DNA of 64,000 nucleotides from Balanoglossus misakiensis (lineage: Eukaryota; Animalia; Hemichordata): NCBI GenBank assembly GCA_040954595.2, contig CM082586.2:11129337-11193336 (forward strand), given 5' to 3'. Shown piece after piece: positions 1 to 12,300 of the stretch. Both the position numbers and the translations under genes were made by a program. Within the stretch, counting starts at the first letter, position 1. Each line of letters opens with the position of its first letter. The notes beneath the pieces are model-generated. The model saw only the letters and a list, made by a program, of their open reading frames with translations. It had not been told where the DNA came from and searched no databases.

Positions 1-3000
1 TTGCAAAATCACAAAATTTCGTCGATTTTGAAAAAAATCATAGGTTCGTCGATTTTTTAAAAAAAAAACATGGGTGAAAATCATCAAAAATGACACATTT
101 TCGACTTTGCAAAATCTCAAAATTTCGTCGATTTTTGAAAAAAATCATGGGTGAAAATCATCAAAAAATGACACATTTTCGACTTTGCAAAATCTCAAAA
201 TTTCGTCGATTTTTGAAAAAAAATCATGGGTGAAAATCATCAAAAAATGACAAATTTTGAAAAAAAACGGGTGAAAATCATCAAAAAATGACACATTTTC
301 GATTTTGCAAAATCTCAAAATTTCGTCGTTTTTTGAAAAAAAATCAGGGTTGAAAATCATCAAAAAATGACAAAATTTTCGACTTTGCAAAATCACAAAA
401 TTTCGTCGATTTTGAAAAAAATCATAGGTTCATCGATTTTTAAAAAAAAAACATGGGTGAAAATCATCAAAAAATGACACATTTTCGACTTTGCAAAATC
501 TCAAAATTTCGTCGATTTTTGAAAAAAATCATGGGTGAAAATCATCGAAAAATGACAAATTTTCGACTTTGCAAAATCTCAAAATTTCGTCGATTTTTGA
601 AAAAAATCATGGGTGAAAATCATGAAAAAATGACAAATTTTGAAAAAAAAACGGGTGAAAATCATCAAAAAATGACACATTTTCGACTTTGCAAAATCTC
701 AAATTTTCGTCGATTTTTGAAAAAAAATCATGGTTGAAAATCATCAAAAATGACAAATTTACGACTACAAAATCTCAAAATTTCGTCGACTTGTGAAAAA
801 AAATCATGGGTGAAAATCATCAAAAAATGACAAATTTTTGACTTTGCACAATCTCAAAATTTCGTCAATTTTGAAAAAAATCATGGGTGAAAATCATCAA
901 AAAATGACAAATTTTCGACTTTGCAAAATCTGAAAATTTCATCGATTTTTGAAAAAATCATGGGTGAAAATCATGAAAAAATGACAAATTTTTGACTTTG
1001 CACAATCTCAAAATTTCGTCGATTTTTGAAAAAAATCATGGGGAAAATGATCAAAAAATGACAAATTTTCGACTGCAAAATTTCAAAATTTCGTCAATTT
1101 TGAAAAAATCATGGGTGAAAATCATCAAAAAATGACAAATTTTCGACTGCAAAATCTCAAAATTTCGTCGATTTTTGAAAAAAAACGTGTGAAAATCATC
1201 AAAAAATGACAAATTTTCGACTGCAAAAACTCAAAATTTCGTCAATTTTGAAAAAAATCATGGGTGAAAATCATCAAAAAATGACAAATTTTCCTCTTTG
1301 CAAAATCTATAAATTTCGTCGATTTTTGAAAAATTTTCAACTTTGCAAAATCTCAAAATTTCGTCGATTTTTGAAAAAAATCATGGGGGAAAATCATCAA
1401 AAAATGACAAATTTTTGACTGAAAAATCTCAAATTTTCGTCGATTTTTTAAAAAAATTGTTGAAAATCATCAAAAAATTACAAATTTTTGACTTTGCAAA
1501 ATCTGAAAATTTCGTCGATTTTTGAGAAAAATCGGGTGAAAATCATCAAAAAATGACAAATTTTCGACTTTGCAAAATCTCAAATTTTCGTCGATTTTTG
1601 AAAAAAATCATGGGGGAAAATGATCAAAAAATGACAAATTTTCGATTGCAAAATTTCAAAATTTCGTCAATTTTGAAAAAATCATGGGTGAAAATCATCA
1701 AAAAATGACAAATTTTCGACTGCAAAAACTCAAAATTTCATCAATTTTGAAAAAAATCATGGGTGAAAATCATCAAAAAATGACAAATTTTCCTCTTTGC
1801 AAAATCTATAAATTTCGTCGATTTTTGAAAAATTTTCAACTTTGCAAAATCTCAAAATTTCGTCGATTTTTGAAAAAAATCATGGGGGAAAATCATCAAA
1901 AAATGACAAATTTTCGACTGCAAAATCTCAAAATTTCGTCGATTTTTGAAATAAATCATTGTTAAAAATTATCAAAAATTGACAAATTTTCGACTTTGCA
2001 AAATCTCAACATTTCGTCGATTTTTGAAAAAAATCATGGGTGAAAATCATCAAAAAATGACAAATTTTCGACTTTGCAAAATCTCAAAATTTCGTCGATT
2101 TTTGAAAAAAATCATCGGTGAAAATCATCAAAAAATGACACATTTTCTACTTTGCAAAATCTCAAAATTTCGTCGATTTTTGAAAAAAATCATGGGTGAA
2201 AATCATCAAAAAATGACAAATTTTCGTCTTTGCAAAATCTCAAAATTTCGTCCATTTTTGAAAAAAAATCATGGGGGAAAATCATCAAAAAATGACAAAT
2301 TTTCGACTTTGCAAAATCTCAAAATTTCGTCGATTTTGAAAAAAACCATTGGGGGAAAATCCTCAAAAAATGACAAATTTTCGATTTTGCAAAATCTCAA
2401 AATTTCGTCGATTTTTGAAAAAAAATCAGGGTTGAAAATCATCAAAAAATGACAAAATTTTCGACTTTGCAAAATCACAAAATTTCGTCGATTTTGAAAA
2501 AAATCATAGGTTCGTCGATTTTTTAAAAAAAAAACATGGGTGAAAATCATCAAAAATGACACATTTTCGACTTTGCAAAATCTCAAAATTTCGTCGATTT
2601 TTGAAAAAAATCATGGGTGAAAATCATCAAAAAATGACACATTTTCGACTTTGCAAAATCTCAAAATTTCGTCGATTTTTGAAAAAAAATCATGGGTGAA
2701 AATCATCAAAAAATGACAAATTTTGAAAAAAAACGGGTGAAAATCATCAAAAAATGACACATTTTCGATTTTGCAAAATCTCAAAATTTCGTCGTTTTTT
2801 GAAAAAAAATCAGGGTTGAAAATCATCAAAAAATGACAAAATTTTCGACTTTGCAAAATCACAAAATTTCGTCGATTTTGAAAAAAATCATAGGTTCATC
2901 GATTTTTAAAAAAAAAACATGGGTGAAAATCATCAAAAAATGACACATTTTCGACTTTGCAAAATCTCAAAATTTCGTCGATTTTTGAAAAAAATCATGG

Positions 3001-4224
3001 GTGAAAATCATCGAAAAATGACAAATTTTCGACTTTGCAAAATCTCAAAATTTCGTCGATTTTTGAAAAAAATCATGGGTGAAAATCATGAAAAAATGAC
3101 AAATTTTGAAAAAAAAACGGGTGAAAATCATCAAAAAATGACACATTTTCGACTTTGCAAAATCTCAAATTTTCGTCGATTTTTGAAAAAAAATCATGGT
3201 TGAAAATCATCAAAAAATGACAAAATTTTCGACTTTGCAAAATCTCAAAATTTCGTCGATTCTTGAAAAAAAAATCATGGTTGAAAATCATCAAAAAATG
3301 ACAAAATTTTCGACTTTGCAAAATCACAAAATTTCGTCGATTTTGAAAAAAAATTATGGGTAAAAATCATCAAAAATGACAAATTTTCATCTTTGCAAAA
3401 TCTCAAATTTTCGTCGATTTTTGAAAAAAAATCATGGTTGAAAATCATCAAAAAATGACAAAATTTTCGACTTTGCAAAATCTCAACATTTCGTCGATTT
3501 TTGAAAAAAATCATGGGTGAAAATCATCAAAAAATGACAAATTTTCGACTTTGCAAAATCTCAACATTTCGTCGATTTTTGAAAAAAATCATGGGCGAAA
3601 ATCATCAAAAAATGACAAATTTTCGACTTCGCAAAATCTCAAAATTTCGTCGATTTTTGAAAAAAATCATCGGTGAAAATCATCAAAAAATGACACATTT
3701 TCTACTTTGCAAAATCTCAAAATTTCGTCGATTTTTGAAAAAAAATCATGGGTGAAAATCATCAAAAAATGACAAATTTTGAAAAAAAACGGGTGAAAAT
3801 CATCAAAAAATGACACATTTTCGACTTTGCAAAATCTCAAAATTTCGTCGATTTTTGAAAAAAATCATGGGTGAAAATCATCAAAAAATGACAAATTTTC
3901 GTCTTTGCAAAATCTCAAAATTTCGTCCATTTTTGAAAAAAAATCATGGGGGAAAATCATCAAAAAATGACAAATTTTCGACTTTGCAAAATCTCAAAAT
4001 TTCGTCGATTTTGAAAAAAACCATTGGGGGAAAATCATCAAAAAATGACAAATTTTCGATTTTGCAAAATCTCAAAATTTCGAGTTTGTATAGTAAAACA
4101 GGGTCAGTCCAACTACAGTATGTGTTCCCAATGGTGAAACTCGGCTGCTTGAGTAGTATGGATGAGTTCGATGAGGAGACAAGCGTCGGGTTTCATAAAA
4201 AGTTTTATTGTTAAAAACTTGTTC

Positions 4225-4266
4225 TACCAACGTTTCGATCCTTCACTGAGGATCTTCTTCAGGGAT
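4225..4266 (-). ncRNA. Minimal type-I hammerhead ribozyme motif in the PLE 3' region/pLTR
   Basis: Minus strand reads CC-CTGAAGA-A-GATCCT(CAGTGA)AGGATC-GAAA-CG-TT-GG: catalytic boxes CUGANGA and GAAA, a 6-bp stem II and palindromic AACGTT replacing helix III. AATAAA follows ~20 nt downstream (4204-4209). Minimal HHRs are an established PLE feature. Stem I is very short (2 bp evident). Confidence 0.8.
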
Positions 4267-4481
4267 CTAAAAATAGCAAAATGTAGGTGGAAAATAAAAA
4301 TGAGCTGTATGGTCAAAATCTCATTGAGTATTGTAAAAATAAAGTCTGAAACGAAGACAAAATTAAAAACAGTCGGAACTGCAGTTGGACATGCGGACAA
4401 AAAATTAGACTTGAGTAAAATGACAACTTGTAAAACGGAATGATAAAAATAATGTAGAGAGACAAGACAAAAGAAACTTAC
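4267..4481 (-). other. Candidate retained spliceosomal intron in the PLE pLTR/UTR (215 nt)
   Basis: Minus-strand donor CTGA|GTAAGTTT at 4481 and acceptor TTTTTATTTTCCACCTACATTTTGCTATTTTTAG|ATCC ending at 4267. PLEs are known to retain introns. Confidence 0.55.
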
Positions 4482-4624
4482 TCAGCGGTGATGGTCTGAA
4501 TGTGGTCTGAATAAAGACAAAGAGGACTCCCTAGTGTGGGAGGAAAAATCAAACGGACTGCCTAGCAGTAAACAAAGACTATAGGTGGTGGGAAAGATAT
4601 GAATATGAATGAAAGAAAAAAGTT

Positions 4625-5424
4625 CTACCAGTCCTTTTTGTTGATACCAGTGGGTGAAAGGGTACCGAGTGCATTAATAATTTTGAGTTCCAGTTGCTTT
4701 CTTATTTTGCCGTGTCTCGAATATACTTTGCACAGACCAGTGAATTGGAAATGGTCAATGTTGTGATCAGGTTCATGGAAGTGATGAGCGACTAGAGTGT
4801 CTTTGTGTGTACGGATACTGTAAAGGTGTTCGTTGATTCTGATACGGAGTTCCCGTTTTGTTTCCCCGATGTACAATTTGTCGCATTTGATACAGACGAT
4901 GGCATAAATGATGTTGCGAGTATTACATGTCAGTTGGCCGATGATATGATGCGATTTGTTATTCACCTTGTTGATTAATTTGTGTTCATTGGTCTGGATC
5001 ATAAATTTGCATGTTCTACAGTTGTTACAGGGTTTACAGAGTCCTGGGTCAGCGTCTTTAGTTCTTGTCTTAAGGCCGGCTCTGACTATCATCTTCCTTA
5101 GGTTGGGTGGTTGTCTATAAGCGACAAAAGGGGGCGCGGTGAATGTCTCCCTTGTAGACTGATTAGATGCAAGTATGTGCCAGTGCTTTCTAATTATTGT
5201 CGATATGCTGGGAAGGGCCGGGTGGTGTGTGATGACAAATGGTATACGTTCGGATGAGTTGGTGTTTTTGTCTTGGTAGTTGATGAGTCGGTCACGTGGG
5301 ATGCTTCTTACTTGATTGATGGCATTAGAGATCGCTGATTTTTTGTAGTTGCGTTGGATGAAGTGGTCCTGAAGTTTCTTGGTTTCTTCATTGTAGAGAT
5401 CTGTTGTAGAGCAGATGCGTCTAT
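4625..5424 (-). CDS. Second, inverted copy of the PLE thumb-linker-GIY-YIG region
   Basis: Translation matches the plus-strand arm from RRICS to KKDW except two residues (HKD vs HTD, RHG vs RHD). Confidence 0.88.
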
Positions 5425-6334
5425 TCATACGACCATCTACAGCAAACCTACTGACAAGCACACGTATCTACTTCCATCATCCTGCCATCCACGCCATATC
5501 TTTAAAGCGATCCCCAAGGGACAGGCCCTGCGATATAGACGCATCTGCTCTACAACAGATCTCTACAATGAAGAAACCAAGAAACTTCAGGACCACTTCA
5601 TCCAACGCAACTACAAAAAATCAGCGATCTCTAATGCCATCAATCAAGTAAGAAGCATCCCACGTGACCGACTCATCAACTACCAAGACAAAAACACCAA
5701 CTCATCCGAACGTATACCATTTGTCATCACACACCACCCGGCCCTTCCCAGCATATCGACAATAATTAGAAAGCACTGGCACATACTTGCATCTAATCAG
5801 TCTACAAGGGAGACATTCACCGCGCCCCCTTTTGTCGCTTATAGACAACCACCCAACCTAAGGAAGATGATAGTCAGAGCCGGCCTTAAGACAAGAACTA
5901 AAGACGCTGACCCAGGACTCTGTAAACCCTGTAACAACTGTAGAACATGCAAATTTATGATCCAGACCAATGAACACAAATTAATCAACAAGGTGAATAA
6001 CAAATCGCATCATATCATCGGCCAACTGACATGTAATACTCGCAACATCATTTATGCCATCGTCTGTATCAAATGCGACAAATTGTACATCGGGGAAACA
6101 AAACGGGAACTCCGTATCAGAATCAACGAACACCTTTACAGTATCCGTACACACACAGACACTCTAGTCGCTCATCACTTCCATGAACCTGATCACAACA
6201 TTGACCATTTCCAATTCACTGGTCTGTGCAAAGTATATTCGAGACACGACAAAATAAGAAAGCAACTGGAACTCAAAATTATTAATGCACTCGGTACCCT
6301 TTCACCCACTGGTATCAACAAAAAGGACTGGTAG
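5423..6334 (+). CDS. Truncated PLE ORF: RT thumb, Cys-rich linker and GIY-YIG endonuclease (no RT core, no genuine start codon)
   Basis: Thumb motif TIYSKPTDKHTYL..SSCHP..IPKGQALRYRRICS; linker CKPCNNCRTC; GIY-YIG NIIYAIVCIKCDKLYIGETKRELRIRINEH..VAHHF..H; C-terminal LGTLSPTGIN. Confidence 0.9.
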   Translation: MHTTIYSKPTDKHTYLLPSSCHPRHIFKAIPKGQALRYRRICSTTDLYNEETKKLQDHFIQRNYKKSAISNAINQVRSIPRDRLINYQDKNTNSSERIPFVITHHPALPSISTIIRKHWHILASNQSTRETFTAPPFVAYRQPPNLRKMIVRAGLKTRTKDADPGLCKPCNNCRTCKFMIQTNEHKLINKVNNKSHHIIGQLTCNTRNIIYAIVCIKCDKLYIGETKRELRIRINEHLYSIRTHTDTLVAHHFHEPDHNIDHFQFTGLCKVYSRHDKIRKQLELKIINALGTLSPTGINKKDW

Positions 6335-9300
6335 AACTTTTTTCTTTCATTCATATTCATATCTTTCCCACCACCTATAGTCTTTGTTTACTGCTAGGCA
6401 GTCCGTTTGATTTTTCCTCCCACACTAGGGAGTCCTCTTTGTCTTTATTCAGACCACATTCAGACCATCACCGCTGAGTAAGTTTCTTTTGTCTTGTCTC
6501 TCTACATTATTTTTATCATTCCGTTTTACAAGTTGTCATTTTACTCAAGTCTAATTTTTTGTCCGCATGTCCAACTGCAGTTCCGACTGTTTTTAATTTT
6601 GTCTTCGTTTCATCTCAAAATTTCGTCGATTTTTGAAAAAAAATCAGGGTTGAAAATCATCAAAAAATGACAAAATTTTCGACTTTGCAAAATCACAAAA
6701 TTTCGTCGATTTTGAAAAAAATCATAGGTTCGTCGATTTTTTAAAAAAAAACATGGGTGAAAATCATCAAAAAATGACACATTTTCGACTTTGCAAAATC
6801 TCAAAATTTCGTCGATTTTTGAAAAAAATCATGGGTGAAAATCATCAAAAAATGACACATTTTCGACTTTGCAAAATCTCAAAATTTCGTCGATTTTTGA
6901 AAAAAATCATGGGTGAAAATCATCAAAAAATGACACATTTTCGACTTTGCAAAATCTCAAAATTTCGTCGATTTTTGAAAAAAAATCATGGGTGAAAATC
7001 ATCAAAAAATGACACATTTTCGTCTTTGCAAAATCTCAAAATTTCGTCCATTTTTGAAAAAAAATCATGGGGGAAAATCATCAAAAAATGACAAATTTTC
7101 GACTTTGGAAATCTCAAAATTTCGTCGATTTTGAAAAAAACCATTGGGTGAAAATCATCAAAAAATGACAAATTTTCGATTTTGCAAAATCTCAAAATTT
7201 CGTCCATTTTTGAAAAAAAATCATGGGGGAAAATCATCAAAAAATGACAAATTTTCGACTTTGGAAATCTCAAAATTTCGTCGATTTTGAAAAAAACCAT
7301 TGGGGGAAAATCATCAAAAAATGACAAATTTTCGATTTTGCAAAATCTCAAAATTTCGTCGATTTTTGAAAAAAAATCAGGGTTGAAAATCATCAAAAAA
7401 TGACAAAATTTTCGACTTTGCAAAATCACAAAATTTCGTCGATTTTGAAAAAAATCATAGGTTCGTCGATTTTTAAAAAAAAAACATGGGTGAAAATCAT
7501 CAAAAAATGACACATTTTCGACTTTGCAAAATCTCAAAATTTCGTCGATTTTTGAAAAAAATCATGGGTGAAAATCATCAAAAAATGACAAAATTTTCGA
7601 CTTTGCAAAATCTCAAAATTTCGTCGATTTTTGAAAAAAAATCATGGTTGAAAATCATCAAAAAATGACAAAATTTTCGACTTTGCAAAATCACAAAATT
7701 TCGTCGATTTTGAAAAAAATCATAGGTTCGTCGATTTTTAAAAAAAAACATGGGTGAAAATCATCAAAAAATGACACATTTTCGACTTTGCAAAATATCA
7801 AAATTTCGTCGATTTTTGAAAAAAATCATGGGTGAAAATCATCAAAAAATGACAAATTTTCGACTTTGCAAAATCTCAAAATTTCGTCGATTTTTGAAAA
7901 AAATCATGGGTGAAAATCATGAAAAAATGACAAATTTTGAAAAAAAAACGGGTGAAAATCATCAAAAAATGACACATTTTCGACTTTGCAAAATCTCAAA
8001 ATTTCGTCCATTTCTGAAAAAAAATTATGGGTAAAAATCATCAAAAATGACAAATTTTCATCTTTGCAAAATCTCAAATTTTCGTCGATTTTTGAAAAAA
8101 AATCATGGTTGAAAATCATCAAAAAATGACAAAATTTTCGACTTTGCAAAATCTCAACATTTCGTCGATTTTTGAAAAAAATCATGGGTGAAAATCATCA
8201 AAAAATGACAATTTTTCGACTTTGCAAAATCTCAACATTTCGTCGATTTTTGAAAAAAATCATGGGTGAAAATCATCAAAAAATGACACATTTTCGACTT
8301 TGCAAAATCTCAAAATTTCGTCGATTTTTGAAAAAAATCATGGGTGAAAATCATCAAAAAATGACAAATTTTCGTCTTTGCAAAATCTCAAAATTTCGTC
8401 CATTTTTGAAAAAAAATCATGGGGGAAAATCATCAAAAAATGACAAATTTTCGACTTTGCAAAATCTCAAAATTTCGTCGATTTTGAAAAAAACCATTGG
8501 GGGAAAATCATCAAAAAATGACAAATTTTCGATTTTGCAAAATCTCAAAATTTCGTCGATTTTTGAAAAAAAATCAGGGTTGAAAATCATCAAAAAATGA
8601 CAAAATTTTCGACTTTGCAAAATCACAAAATTTCGTCGATTTTGAAAAAAATCATAGGTTCGTCGATTTTTTTAAAAAAAACATGGGTGAAAATCATCAA
8701 AAAATGACACATTTTCGACTTTGCAAAATCTCAAAATTTCGTCGATTTTTGAAAAAAATCATGGGTGAAAATCATCAAAAAATGACACATTTTCGACTTT
8801 GCAAAATCTCAAAATTTCGTCGATTTTTGAAAAAAATCATGGGTGAAAATCATCAAAAAATGACACATTTTCGACTTTGCAAAATCTCAAAATTTCGTCG
8901 ATTTTTGAAAAAAAATCATGGGTGAAAATCATCAAAAAATGACAAATTTTCGTCTTTGCAAAATCTCAAAATTTCGTCCATTTTTGAAAAAAAATCATTG
9001 GGGAAAATCATCAAAAAATGACAAATTTTCGACTTTGGAAATCTCAAAATTTCGTCGATTTTGAAAAAAACCATTGGGGGAAAATCATCAAAAAATGACA
9101 AATTTTCGATTTTGCAAAATCTCAAAATTTCGTCGATTTTTGAAAAAAAATCAGGGTTGAAAATCATCAAAAAATGACAAAATTTTCGACTTTGCAAAAT
9201 CACAAAATTTCGTCGATTTTGAAAAAAATCATAGGTTCGTCGATTTTTAAAAAAAAAACATGGGTGAAAATCATCAAAAAATGACACATTTTCGACTTTG

Positions 9301-12300
9301 CAAAATCTCAAAATTTCGTCGATTTTTGAAAAAAATCATGGGTGAAAATCATCAAAAAATGACAAAATTTTCGACTTTGCAAAATCTCAAAATTTCGTCG
9401 ATTTTTGAAAAAAAATCATGGTTGAAAATCATCAAAAAATGACAAAATTTTCGACTTTGCAAAATCACAAAATTTCGTCGATTTTGAAAAAAATCATAGG
9501 TTCGTCGATTTTTAAAAAAAAAACATGGGTGAAAATCATCAAAAAATGACACATTTTCGACTTTGCAAAATCTCAAAATTTCGTCGATTTTTGAAAAAAA
9601 TCATGGGTGAAAATCATCAAAAAATGACAAAATTTTCGACTTTGCAAAATCTCAAAATTTCGTCGATTTTTGAAAAAAAATCATGGTTGAAAATCATCAA
9701 AAAATGACAAAATTTTCGACTTTGCAAAATCACAAAATTTCGTCGATTTTGAAAAAAATCATAGGTTCGTCGATTTTTAAAAAAAAACATGGGTGAAAAT
9801 CATCAAAAAATGACAAATTTTCGTCTTTGCAAAATCTCAAAATTTCGTCCATTTTTGAAAAAAAATCATGGGGCAAAATCATCAAAAAATGACAAATTTT
9901 CGACTTTGGAAATCTCAAAATTTCGTCGATTTTGAAAAAAACCATTGGGGGAAAATCATCAAAAAATGACAAATTTTCGATTTTGCAAAATCTCAAAATT
10001 TCGTCGATTTTTGAAAAAAAATCAGGGTTGAAAATCATCAAAAAATGACAAAATTTTCGACTTTGCAAAATCACAAAATTTCGTCGATTTTGAAAAAAAT
10101 CATAGGTTCGTCGATTTTAAAAAAAAAAACATGGGTGAAAATCATCAAAAAATGACACATTTTCGACTTTGCAAAATCTCAAAATTTCGTCGATTTTTGA
10201 AAAAAATCATGGGTGAAAATCATCAAAAAATGACAAAATTTTCGACTTTGCAAAATCTCAAAATTTCGTCGATTTTTGAAAAAAAATCATGGTTGAAAAT
10301 CATCAAAAAATGACAAAATTTTCGACTTTGCAAAATCACAAAATTTCGTCGATTTTGAAAAAAATCATAGGTTCGTCGATTTTTAAAAAAAAACATGGGT
10401 GAAAATCATCAAAAAATGACACATTTTCGACTTTGCAAAATCTCAAAATTTCGTCGATTTTTGAAAAAAATCATGGGTGAAAATCATCAAAAAATGACAA
10501 AATTTTCGACTTTGCAAAATCTCAAAATTTCGTCCATTTCTGAAAAAAAATTATGGGTAAAAATCATCAAAAATGACAAATTTTCATCTTTGCAAAATCT
10601 CAAATTTTCGTCGATTTTTGAAAAAAAATCATGGTTGAAAATCATCAAAAAATGACAAAATTTTCGACTTTGCAAAATCTCAACATTTCGTCGATTTTTG
10701 AAAAAAATCATGGGTGAAAATCATCAAAAAATGACAATTTTTCGACTTTGCAAAATCTCAACATTTCGTCGATTTTTGAAAAAAATCATGGGTGAAAATC
10801 ATCAAAAAATGACACATTTTCGACTTTGCAAAATCTCAAAATTTCGTCGATTTTTGAAAAAAATCATGGGTGAAAATCATCAAAAAATGACAAATTTTCG
10901 TCTTTGCAAAATCTCAAAATTTCGTCCATTTTTGAAAAAAAATCATGGGGGAAAATCATCAAAAAATGACAAATTTTCGACTTTGCAAAATCTCAAAATT
11001 TCGTCGATTTTGAAAAAAACCATTGGGGGAAAATCATCAAAAAATGACAAATTTTCGATTTTGCAAAATCTCAAAATTTCGTCGATTTTTGAAAAAAAAT
11101 CAGGGTTGAAAATCATCAAAAAATGACAACATTTTCGACTTTGCAAAATCACAAAATTTCGTCGATTTTGAAAAAAATCATAGGTTCGTCGATTTTTAAA
11201 AAAAAAACATGGGTGAAAATCATCAAAAAATGACACATTTTCGACTTTGCAAAATCTCAAAATTTCGTCGATTTTTGAAAAAAATCATGGGTGAAAATCA
11301 TCAAAAAATGACACATTTTCGACTTTGCAAAATCTCAAAATTTCGTCGATTTTTGAAAAAAAATCATGGGTGAAAATCATCAAAAAATGACAAATTTTGA
11401 AAAAAAAACGGGTGAAAATCATCAAAAAATGACACATTTTCGACTTTGCAAAATCTCAAAATTTCGTCCATTTCTGAAAAAAAATTATGGGTAAAAATCA
11501 TCAAAAATGACAAATTTTCATCTTTGCAAAATCTCAAATTTTCGTCGATTTTTGAAAAAAAATCATGGTTGAAAATCATCAAAAAATGACAAAATTTTCG
11601 ACTTTGCAAAATCTCAACATTTCGTCAATTTTGAAAAAAATCATGGTTGAAAATCATCAAAAAATGACAATTTTTTTACTGCAAAATCTCAAAATTTCAT
11701 CGATTTTTGAAAAAAATCATGGGTGAAAATCATCAAAAAATGATAAATTTTCGACTTTGCAAAATCTCAAAATTTCGTCGATTTTTGAAGAAAATCAAGG
11801 GTGAAAATCATCAAAAAATGACAAATTTTCGACTTTGCAAAATCTCAAAATTTCGTCGGTTTTTGAAAAATAATATGGGTGAAAATCATCAAAAAATGAC
11901 AAATTTTCGACTGCAAAAACTCAAAATTTCATCAATTTTGAAAAAAATCATGGGTGAAAATCATCAAAAAAGGACAAATTTTCCTCTTTGCAAAATCTAT
12001 AAATTTCGTCGATTTTTGAAAAATTTTCAACTTTGCAAAATCTCAAAATTTCGTCGATTTTTGAAAAAAAATCATGGGTGAAAATCATCAAAAAATGACA
12101 AATTTTGAAAAAAAACGGGTGAAAATCATCAAAAAATGACACATTTTCGACTTTGCAAAATCTCAAAATTTCGTCGATTTTTGAAAAAAAATCATGGGTG
12201 AAAATCATCAAAAAATGACAAATTTTCGTCTTTGCAAAATCTCAAAATTTCGTCCATTTTTGAAAAAAAATCATGGGGGAAAATCATCAAAAAATGACAA

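Larger units (their letters stand above)
4083..6612. mobile_element. Penelope-like retroelement (Neptune-type) insertion, 5'-truncated, arranged as an inverted repeat (arms ~4347-5424 and 5535-6612, 110-bp spacer)
   Basis: Both arms encode the PLE C-terminus. TSD ATCTCAAAATTTCG at 4069-4082 and 6612-6625. The satellite variant order resumes in phase after the insertion. Confidence 0.95.

Noticed and set aside
1510-1540. CENP-B-box-like TTCG...CGGG in satellite variants
   Set aside because: Spacing between TTCG and CGGG is far longer than the 7 nt of the canonical NTTCGNNNNANNCGGGN box.
4112-4197. Short minus-strand ORF (MKPDACLL...) after the PLE AATAAA
   Set aside because: Only 27 codons with no recognisable motif; cannot be supported as the PLE ORF start.
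5354-5461. N-termini of ORFs 5354..6334 (+) and 4625..5461 (-) as real starts
   Set aside because: They are antisense read-through across the inversion junction/spacer; PLE homology begins at ~5423 (+) and ~5424 (-).
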